NCBI GenBank assembly: GCA_965248535.1
Contig: CBDFJR010000005.1
Span: forward strand, 672,001 to 736,000
Origin: Phormidesmis sp.
Lineage (GTDB): Bacteria; Cyanobacteriota; Cyanobacteriia; Leptolyngbyales; Leptolyngbyaceae
DNA: 64,000 nucleotides
Direction of reading: 5' to 3'
Positions 9,821 through 18,874 of this stretch are shown in pieces. Under the pieces are notes generated by a model, which was not told where the DNA came from, made no database searches, and saw only the letters and a program-made list of their open reading frames with translations. Each line of letters starts with the position of its first letter. The stretch's first letter is position 1. Made by a program: the position numbers and the translations under genes.

Positions 9821-12800
9821 ATGACTGCCACGATCCCTAATCTGCCCAGCCAATACAACTCTGCCGCCTCAGAAGCTAAGTGGCAGAAGTTTTGGGAAGA
9901 CAATCACGTCTTTAAAGCCGACCCTAACGCCCCCGGTGAACCCTATTGCGTCGTGATTCCGCCGCCCAACGTCACGGGCAGTTTGCACATGGGGCACGCT
10001 TTTGAGACCGCGTTGATTGACGCACTAGTGCGCTATCACCGGATGTGTGGCTACAACACTCTCTGGCTGCCGGGCACCGATCATGCCAGCATTGCAGTGC
10101 AGACGATCTTAGAAAAGCAGCTAAAGGCAGAAGGAAAAACTCGCCAAGAGTTAGGGCGCGAAAAGTTTCTAGAGCGTGCCTGGCAGTGGAAGGCTGAATC
10201 GGGCGGCACGATCGTCAACCAACTGCGGCGGCTAGGGGTCTCAGTAGACTGGTCACGAGAACGCTTCACGATGGATGAAGGGCTGTCAAAAGCGGTGCTA
10301 GAAGCCTTCATCAAGCTCTATGACGAGAAGCTGATCTATCGCGGCAACTATCTGGTGAACTGGTGCCCGGCTAGTCAATCGGCCGTCTCTGACTTAGAAG
10401 TTGAAAATCAGGAAGTCAACGGGCATTTGTGGCATTTTCGCTATCCACTCGTGCAGAGTGATGGCTATGTCGAAGTCGCCACGACTCGACCTGAGACCAT
10501 GCTGGGCGATACGGCGATCGCGGTCAATCCGAATGACGATCGCTACAAGCATCTGATCGGTCAAATGGTTTTACTGCCTTTGATCGAACGAGAGATTCCG
10601 ATTATCGGCGATGAGTTTGTCGATCCCACCTTTGGGACGGGCTGCGTTAAAGTGACTCCGGCTCACGACCCCAACGATTTTGAGATGGGCAAGCGCAATA
10701 ATCTAAAATTTATCAACATTCTCAATAAAGACGGCACTATCAACGAGAATGGCGGAGAATTTCAGGGGCAAGACCGCTTTGTGGCGCGTAAAAATGTGGT
10801 CAAGCGGCTCGAAGCCGAAGGGCTGTTGGTCAAAATTGAAGATTATAAGCACACGGTGCCCTACAGCGATCGGGGCAAGGTTCCCGTTGAGCCGCTGCTC
10901 TCGACCCAATGGTTCGTCAAGATCAAACCCTTATCCGACCCCGCGCTGGCCGATCTCGATCAAGCCCACTCACCCAATTTTGTGCCCGATCGCTGGGGCA
11001 AAGTCTATCGAGACTGGTTGGTGAATCTCAAAGACTGGTGCATCTCGCGTCAACTCTGGTGGGGGCATCAAATTCCTGCTTGGTATGCCGTGAGCGAAAC
11101 TGGGGGCGTGATCACCGATACGACTCCGTTTATGGTGGCCCGCAGCGAAGCCGAGGCTAGAGAGAAAGCGATCGCGCTATTTGGCGACACCGTTCAGCTA
11201 GAACAAGATCCTGACGTGCTGGATACGTGGTTTTCGTCAGGTTTGTGGCCGTTCTCAACTTTGGGCTGGCCCGATGAAACCCCTGATTTCAAGCGCTACT
11301 ATCCCACGGCAACGCTGGTGACGGGCTTTGACATCATTTTCTTTTGGGTTGCCCGCATGACCATGATGGCAAAACACTTCACCGGAGAAATGCCCTTCAA
11401 AACCGTCTACATTCACGGGCTGGTGCGAGACGAAAACAACAAGAAGATGTCGAAGTCTTCTAACAACGGCATCGATCCCCTGATTTTGATCGACAAATAT
11501 GGCACCGATGCGTTGCGCTACACCCTCGTGCGGGAGGTGACGGGAGCCGGGCAAGACATTCGATTGGAATATAACCGCAAAACCGATGAATCTGCGTCGG
11601 TCGAAGCCTCTCGCAACTTCACCAACAAATTGTGGAATGCCTCTCGATTTGTGTTGATGAATCTGGATGGCAAAACGCCTCAGCAGTTGGGATTCCCCGA
11701 TCGCAATCAGTTGGAATTGAGCGATCGCTGGATTCTGTCGCGATTTCATCAAGTCACGCAGCAAGTTCGAGATCAGGTTGATCACTACGGCTTGGGCGAA
11801 TCGGCTAAGTTGCTCTACGAATTCATCTGGGGCGATTTTTGCGATTGGTATATCGAACTGGTCAAACCTCGATTGCAGAGCCAAGATATCGCTTCTCGTC
11901 AGGTGGCTCAACAAACGCTGGCCTATGTTTTAGAAGAGACGCTGAAGCTGCTGCACCCGTTTATGCCCCACATCACCGAAGAGATTTGGCAGACCGTCAC
12001 CCAAAATGACGCAGCTTCGGGCAAAACCCTAGCGCTGCAAACCTACCCGGTGCCCGACTCGACGCTGATTAACCCCGACCTAGAGCAGCAGTTTGATCTT
12101 CTGATCGGCACGATTCGCACGATTCGGAATCTGCGGGCCGAGGCAGACATCAAGCCCGGAGCTAAAATTGAGGCCATCTTGCAAACCGAGAGCGAGCAAG
12201 AAGAACACATTCTCAAGTCAGGTCAGCCTTACATTCAAGACCTGGCAAAGGTGAAAACGCTGAAGATCAATCAGCCCCAGACTCAGCCCACGGATAGTAA
12301 CGACAGTGCCGCTAATCTTTTGAACGGGGATTTTCTAAGCTCAATCGTTCCCTTCCTCAAGAAACATCAGCGCGTCTTGCTCACGATCGGCTTCATCCTG
12401 TTAACGCTGATTGTTCTCAAAGCCTGTGCGGGCGTTTTAGCAGCCGTCCACGAAGTTCCTTTATTGCCAACATTTTTAGAACTCGTTGGCATCGGCTACA
12501 CAATCCGGTTTACCCAACAAAAACTCTGGCAGAGCGGCGATCGTCAGCAGCTACTCAGCCAAATTGAGCAGTTTAAACAAGAGGTCGTAGGGGTTCCTTC
12601 TGAAGAGCTAGAGCCAGTTCTCGATCTGATGCCTAGCGCGATCGCAGACTCAGCCCACATGATTGTCGGGGTGGTTGGCACGGTGCGCGTTGCCATTCCC
12701 CTGGCAGGATTAATCGATTTAGTGGCGCTCAGAGCAAAAACCGAGAAAGATCTGAAAAAAGTAGAAGCTGAAATTCAGGTGCTTTCAGGACGATTGGGCA

Positions 12801-12922
12801 CCCCTAAATTTGTCGATAAGGCCCCGGCCGATGTGGTGCAAGCGGCACGAGATGCTTTGGCAGAAGCTCAAACGCAAGCCGAAATTTTGCAAACTCGGCT
12901 CGATCGCTTAGATCTACATTAG
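9821..12922 (+). CDS. valS: Valine-tRNA ligase with inserted CAAD (CURT1-like) membrane domain
   Basis: [31 protein letters not shown]-terminal coiled coil. Two-helix hydrophobic insert [45 protein letters not shown]. Confidence 0.98.
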   Translation: MTATIPNLPSQYNSAASEAKWQKFWEDNHVFKADPNAPGEPYCVVIPPPNVTGSLHMGHAFETALIDALVRYHRMCGYNTLWLPGTDHASIAVQTILEKQLKAEGKTRQELGREKFLERAWQWKAESGGTIVNQLRRLGVSVDWSRERFTMDEGLSKAVLEAFIKLYDEKLIYRGNYLVNWCPASQSAVSDLEVENQEVNGHLWHFRYPLVQSDGYVEVATTRPETMLGDTAIAVNPNDDRYKHLIGQMVLLPLIEREIPIIGDEFVDPTFGTGCVKVTPAHDPNDFEMGKRNNLKFINILNKDGTINENGGEFQGQDRFVARKNVVKRLEAEGLLVKIEDYKHTVPYSDRGKVPVEPLLSTQWFVKIKPLSDPALADLDQAHSPNFVPDRWGKVYRDWLVNLKDWCISRQLWWGHQIPAWYAVSETGGVITDTTPFMVARSEAEAREKAIALFGDTVQLEQDPDVLDTWFSSGLWPFSTLGWPDETPDFKRYYPTATLVTGFDIIFFWVARMTMMAKHFTGEMPFKTVYIHGLVRDENNKKMSKSSNNGIDPLILIDKYGTDALRYTLVREVTGAGQDIRLEYNRKTDESASVEASRNFTNKLWNASRFVLMNLDGKTPQQLGFPDRNQLELSDRWILSRFHQVTQQVRDQVDHYGLGESAKLLYEFIWGDFCDWYIELVKPRLQSQDIASRQVAQQTLAYVLEETLKLLHPFMPHITEEIWQTVTQNDAASGKTLALQTYPVPDSTLINPDLEQQFDLLIGTIRTIRNLRAEADIKPGAKIEAILQTESEQEEHILKSGQPYIQDLAKVKTLKINQPQTQPTDSNDSAANLLNGDFLSSIVPFLKKHQRVLLTIGFILLTLIVLKACAGVLAAVHEVPLLPTFLELVGIGYTIRFTQQKLWQSGDRQQLLSQIEQFKQEVVGVPSEELEPVLDLMPSAIADSAHMIVGVVGTVRVAIPLAGLIDLVALRAKTEKDLKKVEAEIQVLSGRLGTPKFVDKAPADVVQAARDALAEAQTQAEILQTRLDRLDLH

Positions 12923-13189
12923 GCATGAGGGTGACCATTGGAGTATTGTATCCGTGCCTACCCTGATCTTTAGGCAACTTTAGAGAAATTCCTGCTGAAA
13001 ACACCGTGCTTCTACGGGAGAACAAACGCAGATCGGCAACGCTATGTTATTAGTGACAATACCCAGTTTTCTGGGCAGTTTCAAGATTAAACAATCAATC
13101 TTGCTGAATCAATAGGTTGCTATCTGGTTGCTAGTCTAAGAGAATTGATCCATCGTGGTTTTTAACAGAGACAAGTAGAGAAAACGGCA

Positions 13190-13729
13190 ATGTTGCACTT
13201 GGCTCAAGTTCATCAAAAAAACTATTCAAAGGCAGGGTTGCGGCTGCTAGCCACCCAAAAAGCCGAAAACGTCTGGACTGTCGCCCTTGAGGAAGCATTT
13301 GTTCTCTCTGCTAGGGCCAATGATTATGGTGAGAATGCGCTGGTGTTAGTTGAGTTGTCAAGCACTCAGCAGATTCTCAGCATTCAAGATGCCAAAGATT
13401 GGGTTTTAGACCTCATCAGCACTTATCTGGTCAATGGCATCACGCCTACTTATCTTCAGCAAGAAACGGAGCGTGCAGAGCAGTGGCGACAATCACTGAC
13501 CCTGCAAAGCCAAGAACTCGATCGCCGCACCCTAGAGCTAGAGGCCCGTCGAGAGCAGATTCAAGCCCTCGAAGAAGACCTAAAGCGTGAAAAAAAGCAG
13601 TTTGAGCTACACGCCTTTGAGTTTGAGTCGAGAAACCAGGATCTCGATCGCCGCGCTCTTGAGCTAGAAACTCGCTCTCAGCAACTCCAGTCTCGCGAAG
13701 ACGACTTAGAGCGTCAAAGATCTCTGTAG
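13190..13729 (+). CDS. Coiled-coil protein resembling the HmpF N-terminal region
   Basis: MLHLAQV...LRLLATQ...ALVLVELS...EQWRQSLTLQSQELDRRTLELEARREQIQ; similarity recognised from memory only. Confidence 0.75.
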   Translation: MLHLAQVHQKNYSKAGLRLLATQKAENVWTVALEEAFVLSARANDYGENALVLVELSSTQQILSIQDAKDWVLDLISTYLVNGITPTYLQQETERAEQWRQSLTLQSQELDRRTLELEARREQIQALEEDLKREKKQFELHAFEFESRNQDLDRRALELETRSQQLQSREDDLERQRSL

Positions 13730-13733
13730 ATAG

Positions 13734-13886
13734 TTGACTTGCTTTGTCCTGACTTACTGTGCAACCAAGTTCTATTTGCCTGTTTTCATTGTTTGGGTGG
13801 ATGAACGGATAGGAGAAATCTTTTTCTTGGCTGGAGAAGAGTTAGAGATCAGCATTTTTCAAGATGGAACTTGGAGGTATTTATGA
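13734..13886 (+). CDS. DUF6888-like small protein (possibly N-terminally truncated)
   Basis: Manual translation LTCFVLTYCATKFYLPVFIVWVDERIGEIFFLAGEELEISIFQDGTWRYL*; its stop overlaps the ATG of the next gene (ATGA). Too short for the ORF track. Confidence 0.65.
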   Translation: MTCFVLTYCATKFYLPVFIVWVDERIGEIFFLAGEELEISIFQDGTWRYL

Positions 13887-14104
13887 GTCAGCCTAATTTT
13901 GAGGCAATGACCCGAAAAGAGTTGAAGGCTCATATACTTTCCCGTCGCAGTGATAGTGAAGCATTTTACGCTTACCTGAATAAAGTGGATGCTGAACCCC
14001 CTACAGAAATCTTTCCTGCACCGAAATTACTAGATGATTTTCAAAACTTTCCACTTAATATTGGAGAGATTCCGTCAAGATCCAGCGAGAAAATTTCAAA
14101 CTGA
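13883..14104 (+). CDS. DUF6887-like small protein
   Basis: MSQPNFEAMTRKELKAHILSRRSDSEAFYAY; GGAGG RBS before ATG 13883. Confidence 0.75.
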   Translation: MSQPNFEAMTRKELKAHILSRRSDSEAFYAYLNKVDAEPPTEIFPAPKLLDDFQNFPLNIGEIPSRSSEKISN

Positions 14105-14123
14105 GGAGTGAAGTCAGAACTCT

Positions 14124-14789
14124 GTGGAACCGATTAGAAATCGAACGAATCTACTGGCCAAGGAATTTATCGAGAAAGGTGATCCCTTTGGCTGGTTTGA
14201 GCAGCTATATCAGACTGCCAATGGAGACGAAGAAGCGGTTCCGTGGGCAGACATGACGGTGAATCCTAATCTGGCAGAATGGCTAGAGCTAGAGCAGATC
14301 ACGGGCACAGGTAAACGAGCGATCGTCGTCGGCTGCGGTCTAGGAGACGATGCAGAAGCTCTCTCACAGCTAGAGTTTGAGGTGACTGCGTTTGATATTT
14401 CTCCTACAGCGATCGCGTGGTGTCAACAGCGCTTTCCTGACTCAGCCGTGACTTATCAAGTCGCCGATTTGTTGAACGTTCCGATTACTTGGCAGGGTGA
14501 ATTTGATTTTGTGCTGGAGTCTTACACGCTGCAAGCGATGCCCAAAGAGGTGCGCGATCGGGCTATTCCTGCCGTTGCGGCATTGGTTAAAATCGCTGGC
14601 TCACTGCTGGTCATCTGTCGCGGTCGCAACGCTGACGAGTCGGCAGAGACTGTCCCCTTTCCCTTGACCCGCGAGGAGCTAGAAGCGTTTCAGACTCAGG
14701 GTTTGCAAACGGTGACCTTTGAAGATTATAACGAAAAAGGCACCTCGGCGCGGCGGTTTAGAGCGCACTATCGGCGATCGTCCTTTTAA
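14124..14789 (+). CDS. Class I SAM-dependent methyltransferase (TPMT-like)
   Basis: GWFEQLY...VPWAD; motif I VVGCGLGDDA; AFDISPTAI; FDFVLE. Confidence 0.9.
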   Translation: MEPIRNRTNLLAKEFIEKGDPFGWFEQLYQTANGDEEAVPWADMTVNPNLAEWLELEQITGTGKRAIVVGCGLGDDAEALSQLEFEVTAFDISPTAIAWCQQRFPDSAVTYQVADLLNVPITWQGEFDFVLESYTLQAMPKEVRDRAIPAVAALVKIAGSLLVICRGRNADESAETVPFPLTREELEAFQTQGLQTVTFEDYNEKGTSARRFRAHYRRSSF

Positions 14790-14818
14790 TCATCACGATT
14801 AATAACAGGTTTAATAAT

Positions 14819-15667
14819 TCAATAAGAAGTCACTAATACTTCTGTAATTTTTCCTCGCTTTTCAGTGTTGCAGTTGATGTTGCGATTTGCGTTAATTGTG
14901 TGGATCTTGAACTCTGCAAAAAGCTCTCGAATAAACGGGCAATCAGAGTTAGACAACATGACCTTGACCCCACGATCGCTCAGTTCAGCAAACACCGCTT
15001 TGAGGCGAATCTGATCGGCTTCACTAAACGAGTAGCGGCTATAGCTCGTAAACTTGCTCGTCGAACTAAGCGGGTAATAGGGCGGATCGAAATAGACAAA
15101 ATCTTCAGAACTTTTAGCGTGGTCTAACACAGCGTCAAAAGAACTGCGTTCAATCTGGGCAGATTGCAGCGCCAAAGACGCGGCTCGCAGCACCTCATAA
15201 TCGCAGATAGTCGGCTTTTGATAGCTGCCGATCGGCACATTAAACTGCCCTTTAGAATTCTCGCGATAAAGACCGTTAAAGCAAGTTTTGTTGAGATAAA
15301 TCAGCCGTGCCGCCCGTTCTAAGTTGTTGCCCTTGAGGAACCAATCATCAGAGTGCGTCGGCAGCGATCGCACCTCATAAAAATGCTCTTGACCGTGCAG
15401 GGCTTGATGGGCTTCGAGCAGCGTGATCAAGTCTTCGACCCGTTCTCTGACGCATCGATAGACATTGACCAACTCAATGTTGATGTCAGCCAAGAAAGAT
15501 TGCGGAGGCTGTAGGCGAAAGAAAATCGCACCACCGCCTAAAAACGGCTCGTAATAGCGACGATAACGCTCTGGAAAATGAGGTAGATATTGTTGAATCA
15601 GTTGATTTTTTCCACCCACCCACTTGATAAAAGGACGGGGAGATGTGGCCCGAATTTGTGTGATCAT
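14819..15667 (-). CDS. dam: Orphan DNA adenine methyltransferase (Dam/D12 class, likely GATC-specific)
   Basis: PFIKWVGGK, YYEPFLGGGA, YLNKTCFNGLYRENSKGQFNVP, VYFDPPY, VMLSNS; no adjacent endonuclease. Confidence 0.93.
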   Translation of the reverse strand: MITQIRATSPRPFIKWVGGKNQLIQQYLPHFPERYRRYYEPFLGGGAIFFRLQPPQSFLADINIELVNVYRCVRERVEDLITLLEAHQALHGQEHFYEVRSLPTHSDDWFLKGNNLERAARLIYLNKTCFNGLYRENSKGQFNVPIGSYQKPTICDYEVLRAASLALQSAQIERSSFDAVLDHAKSSEDFVYFDPPYYPLSSTSKFTSYSRYSFSEADQIRLKAVFAELSDRGVKVMLSNSDCPFIRELFAEFKIHTINANRNINCNTEKRGKITEVLVTSY

Positions 15668-15703
15668 TCAATTATCATAAAAGGGAATTCGGAAATTGAA
15701 GCT

Positions 15704-15901
15704 ATGCAAGACCTTTGGACGACTGTTTCTAAATATCCTCGGTTTTTAATCGGCGTAATTTTGGGCGTGATCTTGAATGTGTTTGCCCCGATCGTGCCCC
15801 TGTTTAAGAAACCTGTGACGGCGATCGCTTTAGTCGGTCTCCTAGTCGCTGCCGTTGCTTGTCTCAGCTTTACGCTCAAAGCGATGTTGGGGTTCAGCTA
15901 G
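15704..15901 (+). CDS. DUF751 family small membrane protein
   Basis: MQDLWTTVSKYPRFLIGVILG...TLKAMLG; directly upstream of rbfA. Confidence 0.85.
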   Translation: MQDLWTTVSKYPRFLIGVILGVILNVFAPIVPLFKKPVTAIALVGLLVAAVACLSFTLKAMLGFS

Positions 15902-16006
15902 CACTAGGCAAACTAGCGATGGTTTCATCCATCTTCTGCGCGATGCCTTTTGAAGCCACGATGCTAGTATTAGAGTCTTGATTGCACAGAAAGGACGAGA
16001 GACAAA

Positions 16007-16423
16007 ATGGCTACAGACCGCCGCATGGCGCGTGTTTCAGAGCAAATTAAACGCGAAGTTAGCCAGATGCTAGTCAATGGCATCAAAGACGATCGCATTG
16101 GCACGGGCATTGTCAGCGTGACGGATGTGGATGTCTCTGGCGACTTGCAGCACGCCAAAATTTTTGTCAGCATCTATGGGTCAGCCGAGGCCAAAGCCGC
16201 CACCATGGAAGGACTGAAGTCGGCGACTAGCTTTGTGCGCGGCGAGCTGGGTCGTCGAGTTCGGTTGCGCCGCACCCCTGAAATCATTTTTGTCGAAGAC
16301 CAGGGTTTAGAACGTGGTGACAATGTGCTGAATTTGATCAGTCGGCTGAGTCGAGAACGCAAGCCCGACGATCTGGCTGAAGACTCGATTTCAACTGAGG
16401 ATTCTGTTTCGGCTGACGACTAG
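16007..16423 (+). CDS. rbfA: 30S ribosome-binding factor A
   Basis: [44 protein letters not shown]. Confidence 0.97.
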   Translation: MATDRRMARVSEQIKREVSQMLVNGIKDDRIGTGIVSVTDVDVSGDLQHAKIFVSIYGSAEAKAATMEGLKSATSFVRGELGRRVRLRRTPEIIFVEDQGLERGDNVLNLISRLSRERKPDDLAEDSISTEDSVSADD

Positions 16424-16499
16424 TTGAGTGAACTGCGATCGGGTTGTCATAACCCCCAATAAGACAGACGATAGTGAATGACGATCGCTCATCTGTCTT

Positions 16500-18104
16500 A
16501 TGCTGTCTTCTCTTCCCAATCTCGACTCGCTGACTTTAATAGAGCAAGTCGCTCAAATGGTCGTCGTTCGCACGTCTGGCTATTTGTTTGACCATCAAAT
16601 TCAATATCCGCTCTGGGAAGCCAATTCAGCCACATTGCGCCATCTGCTCGAAGATTTAGGCGTTGGAGGCATAATTCTGCTGGGCGGCAGTGCGGGCGAG
16701 ATCACCCTGCGGACTCAGCAGCTTCAAGCCTGGGCAAAACTGCCGCTGCTGATCTCTGCTGATATTGAAGAAGGAGTCGGGCAGCGATTTTCGGGGGCAA
16801 CTTGGTTTCCGCCGCCGATGGCACTGAGCGCGATCGCGCACTTCAATCTCCCTCTCGCCTGTGACTACGCCGAGCAAATGGGAGCGGTGACGGCTCAAGA
16901 GGCAGTAGCGATCGGGCTAAATTGGGTGCTGGCTCCGATCGTCGATGTCAACAATAATTCCGACAATCCCGTGATCAACGTGCGGGCGTTTGGGGAGACG
17001 ACAGAAATTGTCAGCCAGTTGACTACTGCTTTTATTCGAGGTACGCAGTCCCAGACCGTTTTAACGACAGCCAAGCATTTTCCGGGTCACGGCGATACCG
17101 CAGTAGATTCGCATTTAGACTTGCCTGTTTTGCTGCACGATCGGGCCCGACTCCAGCAGGTCGAGCTTCCCCCTTTTGAGGCGGCGATCCAAGCCGGAGT
17201 GGATGCGGTGATGAGTGCTCACCTTCAGATTCCGGCTTTGGACGATCGCTATCCGGCAACCCTGTCGTTCAAAATTCTGACTCAAGAATTGCGGCAACGA
17301 TTGGGGTTTGCAGGCTTGATTGTTACCGATGCGCTGATCATGGGCGCGATCGCCGATCGCTATGGCAACGACGAGTCAGCCGTTTTAGCTGTCGAAGCCG
17401 GAGCCGATATTTTGTTAATGCCCCTTGACCCAGAGACGGCCATTCAGGCGGTTTGCGCCGCAGTCAAGGCCGGACGGATTGCCCCCGAACGAATTCGGGC
17501 TTCGGTGGAGCGGATTTGGGCGGCCAAACGCAAAGTCTGTTTGCCTTTAGCGACCGACCCGTTGTCTCGCCTGGCCCAGCCGGAAGCGATCGCCACCAGT
17601 CGCAAAATTTTGCACGACTCAATGCGGGTTTATCACCCCACCCCGTCACGGTTAGACGATTTACCTGAGAACAATGGACGAAACTTGATCGTGATTGACG
17701 ACAGCATCGACTGCGACTTTTTAGGCCGAACTGCCCCAGCGATCGTGGTTCCGAGTCAGTTTGGGTTTACGCAAGCTCAGGTGATTGACCGATATACGCC
17801 GCCGATGTTGCCCGATTCTAATTCAACCCAATTATGTCCAACTCTGCTGCAATTGTTTATTCGAGGCAACCCTTTTCGAGGCAGTGCCGGGCTGACAGAA
17901 ACGGCTCAGAATTGGTTTGAGCAATTGCTAAACTCTCAGCAATTGCAGGCACTGATCATCTACGGCAGTCCCTATGTTTTAGAGCAATTTTTGCCTCGGT
18001 TGCCATCAACCGTGCCCTATGTTTTTAGCTATGGACAGATGCAGCTTGCCCAAGCGATCGCCCTAAATGCCCTGTTTTCTCAAAGTAATGCTCAAGAAAA
18101 ATAG
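16500..18104 (+). CDS. Glycoside hydrolase family 3 (beta-N-acetylhexosaminidase-like)
   Basis: ADIEEGVGQR, NPVINVRAFG, KHFPGHGDTAVDSH, GLIVTDALIM. Confidence 0.92.
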   Translation: MLSSLPNLDSLTLIEQVAQMVVVRTSGYLFDHQIQYPLWEANSATLRHLLEDLGVGGIILLGGSAGEITLRTQQLQAWAKLPLLISADIEEGVGQRFSGATWFPPPMALSAIAHFNLPLACDYAEQMGAVTAQEAVAIGLNWVLAPIVDVNNNSDNPVINVRAFGETTEIVSQLTTAFIRGTQSQTVLTTAKHFPGHGDTAVDSHLDLPVLLHDRARLQQVELPPFEAAIQAGVDAVMSAHLQIPALDDRYPATLSFKILTQELRQRLGFAGLIVTDALIMGAIADRYGNDESAVLAVEAGADILLMPLDPETAIQAVCAAVKAGRIAPERIRASVERIWAAKRKVCLPLATDPLSRLAQPEAIATSRKILHDSMRVYHPTPSRLDDLPENNGRNLIVIDDSIDCDFLGRTAPAIVVPSQFGFTQAQVIDRYTPPMLPDSNSTQLCPTLLQLFIRGNPFRGSAGLTETAQNWFEQLLNSQQLQALIIYGSPYVLEQFLPRLPSTVPYVFSYGQMQLAQAIALNALFSQSNAQEK

Positions 18105-18165
18105 AGACCCGATCGCTCGCATCTCTACCCCATTAGGCAAGTTTAACTAGTCAAAACTTGAGCGT

Positions 18166-18510
18166 TTAATACTCTAAAAACAGCATGTCAAACGCTGCTG
18201 TGTCAGGAGCCGCTTGTTTGGTGATTTTAGACGAGGCTGGCGGCGCGATCGGCGAAATTGTCGCCGATTCATTTCGCAGTCGCTCGGCGGCTTGACCCAT
18301 CTCAACCACTTGGCTCTCTAAAAAAGCCAGCCGTTTTTGAATGCGCTGACGACGCTGCTCGATCGTGTCTAGCTCATATTGAAGGCGCTTTTTCTCAACC
18401 GAAAGTTTATAAAGACTGAGATAAGCGGCTGCCTCAGTTTTTTGACGAGGCATAGAACTGATTTGGGGACGGGCATCAGATAACGAACAATAAGGACGCA
18501 TAAGGGGCAC
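18166..18510 (-). CDS. GvpV-like coiled-coil protein
   Basis: RPQISSMPRQKTEAAAYLSLYKLSVEKKRLQYEL...LEY resembles cyanobacterial GvpV as recalled; no other gvp genes in the window. Confidence 0.6.
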   Translation of the reverse strand: MPLMRPYCSLSDARPQISSMPRQKTEAAAYLSLYKLSVEKKRLQYELDTIEQRRQRIQKRLAFLESQVVEMGQAAERLRNESATISPIAPPASSKITKQAAPDTAAFDMLFLEY

Positions 18511-18874
18511 CTGTGCTTTTAGCTAATTCACAGAATCTACACAAACCCTCTACAGGCTTAAGCTTTGTTTGAGAGATTTTTGTGCAAATCTTAGTCTCAG
18601 AATTCCCACAAATTTTCTATCCAGAACAGCGTAGATTTATTTTATCTTCATAATCAAAAAATCTAATCTAGCTGAATTTAACGGCTGAATCGTCTCTCAG
18701 CTTTGAGATAACCGAACTCTTAAATGTCGCCCCAACGTCAGAAACGTTTGCTTTCTATAGAAAGTTGATTGCAACCCAATGGCTAGTGCTAGATTAGTAC
18801 AAAAGTTCTTATTTGAAATCGTTACTTCATCTAAAAGTCAGCCGTTGGAGCAGTTTTACTATCCATAATTTGCT

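Noticed and set aside
11255..11914. 219-aa minus-strand ORF
   Set aside because: Antisense to the conserved core of valS.
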